Shown here: positions 63,515-64,000 of the stretch, piece after piece
Numbering within the stretch: the stretch's first letter is position 1
How the letters are laid out: the number at the start of each line of letters is the position of its first letter
Assembly: GCA_024137785.1 (NCBI GenBank)
Contig: JAHRHZ010000035.1
Location: 22,431,348 to 22,495,347, forward strand
From: Ginglymostoma cirratum
Lineage: Eukaryota
Reading direction: 5' to 3'
Length of the DNA: 64,000 bases
Notes under the pieces: generated by a model
Databases searched by the model: none
The model's input: the letters and a program-made list of their open reading frames with translations, nothing else
What the model was told of the DNA's origin: nothing
Translations under genes and position numbers: made by a program

Positions 63515-64000
63515 GTTATACTGCATGCATATGAATGCACAAAATAAAGTTAAAAAGATTGAAGAATTACAGACACAGATTGCATTGTGAGATTATCATG
63601 TTGTGGCAATAATGGAGACTTGGCTCAAGGAAAGAAAATCTTGGTGTTAAATATTCCTGGCTAAAAAGGTGTACAGAAAACAAAGGAAAAGAAAGAGGTG
63701 TTGGAATTTTTGATTAAGCAGCAGAACTGGAGAAAAAGTTGTTTCAGATCGTTCAAGAACAGAATCAATTTGACTACAGCTAAGGAACAAAAGGGGTGCA
63801 ATTCTATTGCTTGGGACGATTTATAGACCATCAAATAGTGGGAGTGAACCAGAGAAGAAAATTTGCAAGGAAATTGTAGGGAGATGTAAACATCACAGTG
63901 GTTATAATGGGAGACTTTAATTATCTGTACATACACTGGGATGGTGGTAGTGTAAGGGGCAGCGAGGAAGCAGTGTTCCTAGAATGTGTTCAAGAGAATT
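63515..64000 (+). mobile_element. CR1-type LINE ORF2 endonuclease start, decayed
   Basis: tgcatatgaatgcac...gttgtggcaataatggagacttggctc (V.I.ETWL), ataatgggagactttaattat (IMGDFN). Confidence 0.75.

Overview
Eukaryotic, intron-rich vertebrate DNA. The repeat content (CR1 LINEs, Penelope-like elements, DeuSINE-like remnants) suggests a cartilaginous fish such as a shark (inference). The window holds three host genes in the same order and orientation as in human. (1) The 5' end of RPL35 on the minus strand: an ATG-only exon with a TCT/TOP start, plus exon 2. (2) A complete 4-exon ARPC5L on the plus strand (150 aa), head-to-head with RPL35, whose first intron is a minor-spliceosome AT-AC (U12) intron. 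(3) A complete GOLGA1/golgin-97 on the minus strand (21 coding exons, about 776 aa, C-terminal GRIP domain) with its CpG-rich promoter near 58.7 kb. Introns are filled with decayed CR1 LINEs, LTR remnants and a Penelope-like element (RT + GIY-YIG) nested inside a CR1. The most striking non-genic signal is a dispersed family of short (about 100-200 bp) insertions that carry a minimal hammerhead-ribozyme core (CUGANGA-stem II-GAAA-palindrome). They are often fold-back and are flanked by target-site duplications (TSDs); the same core sits in the terminal repeat of the Penelope element. Other leads are a candidate 30-nt in-frame GOLGA1 micro-exon, uORFs, a GASE/UPRE motif in the GOLGA1 promoter and miR-17~92 seed sites in its 3' UTR. 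All coordinates were read by eye; repeat boundaries are approximate.
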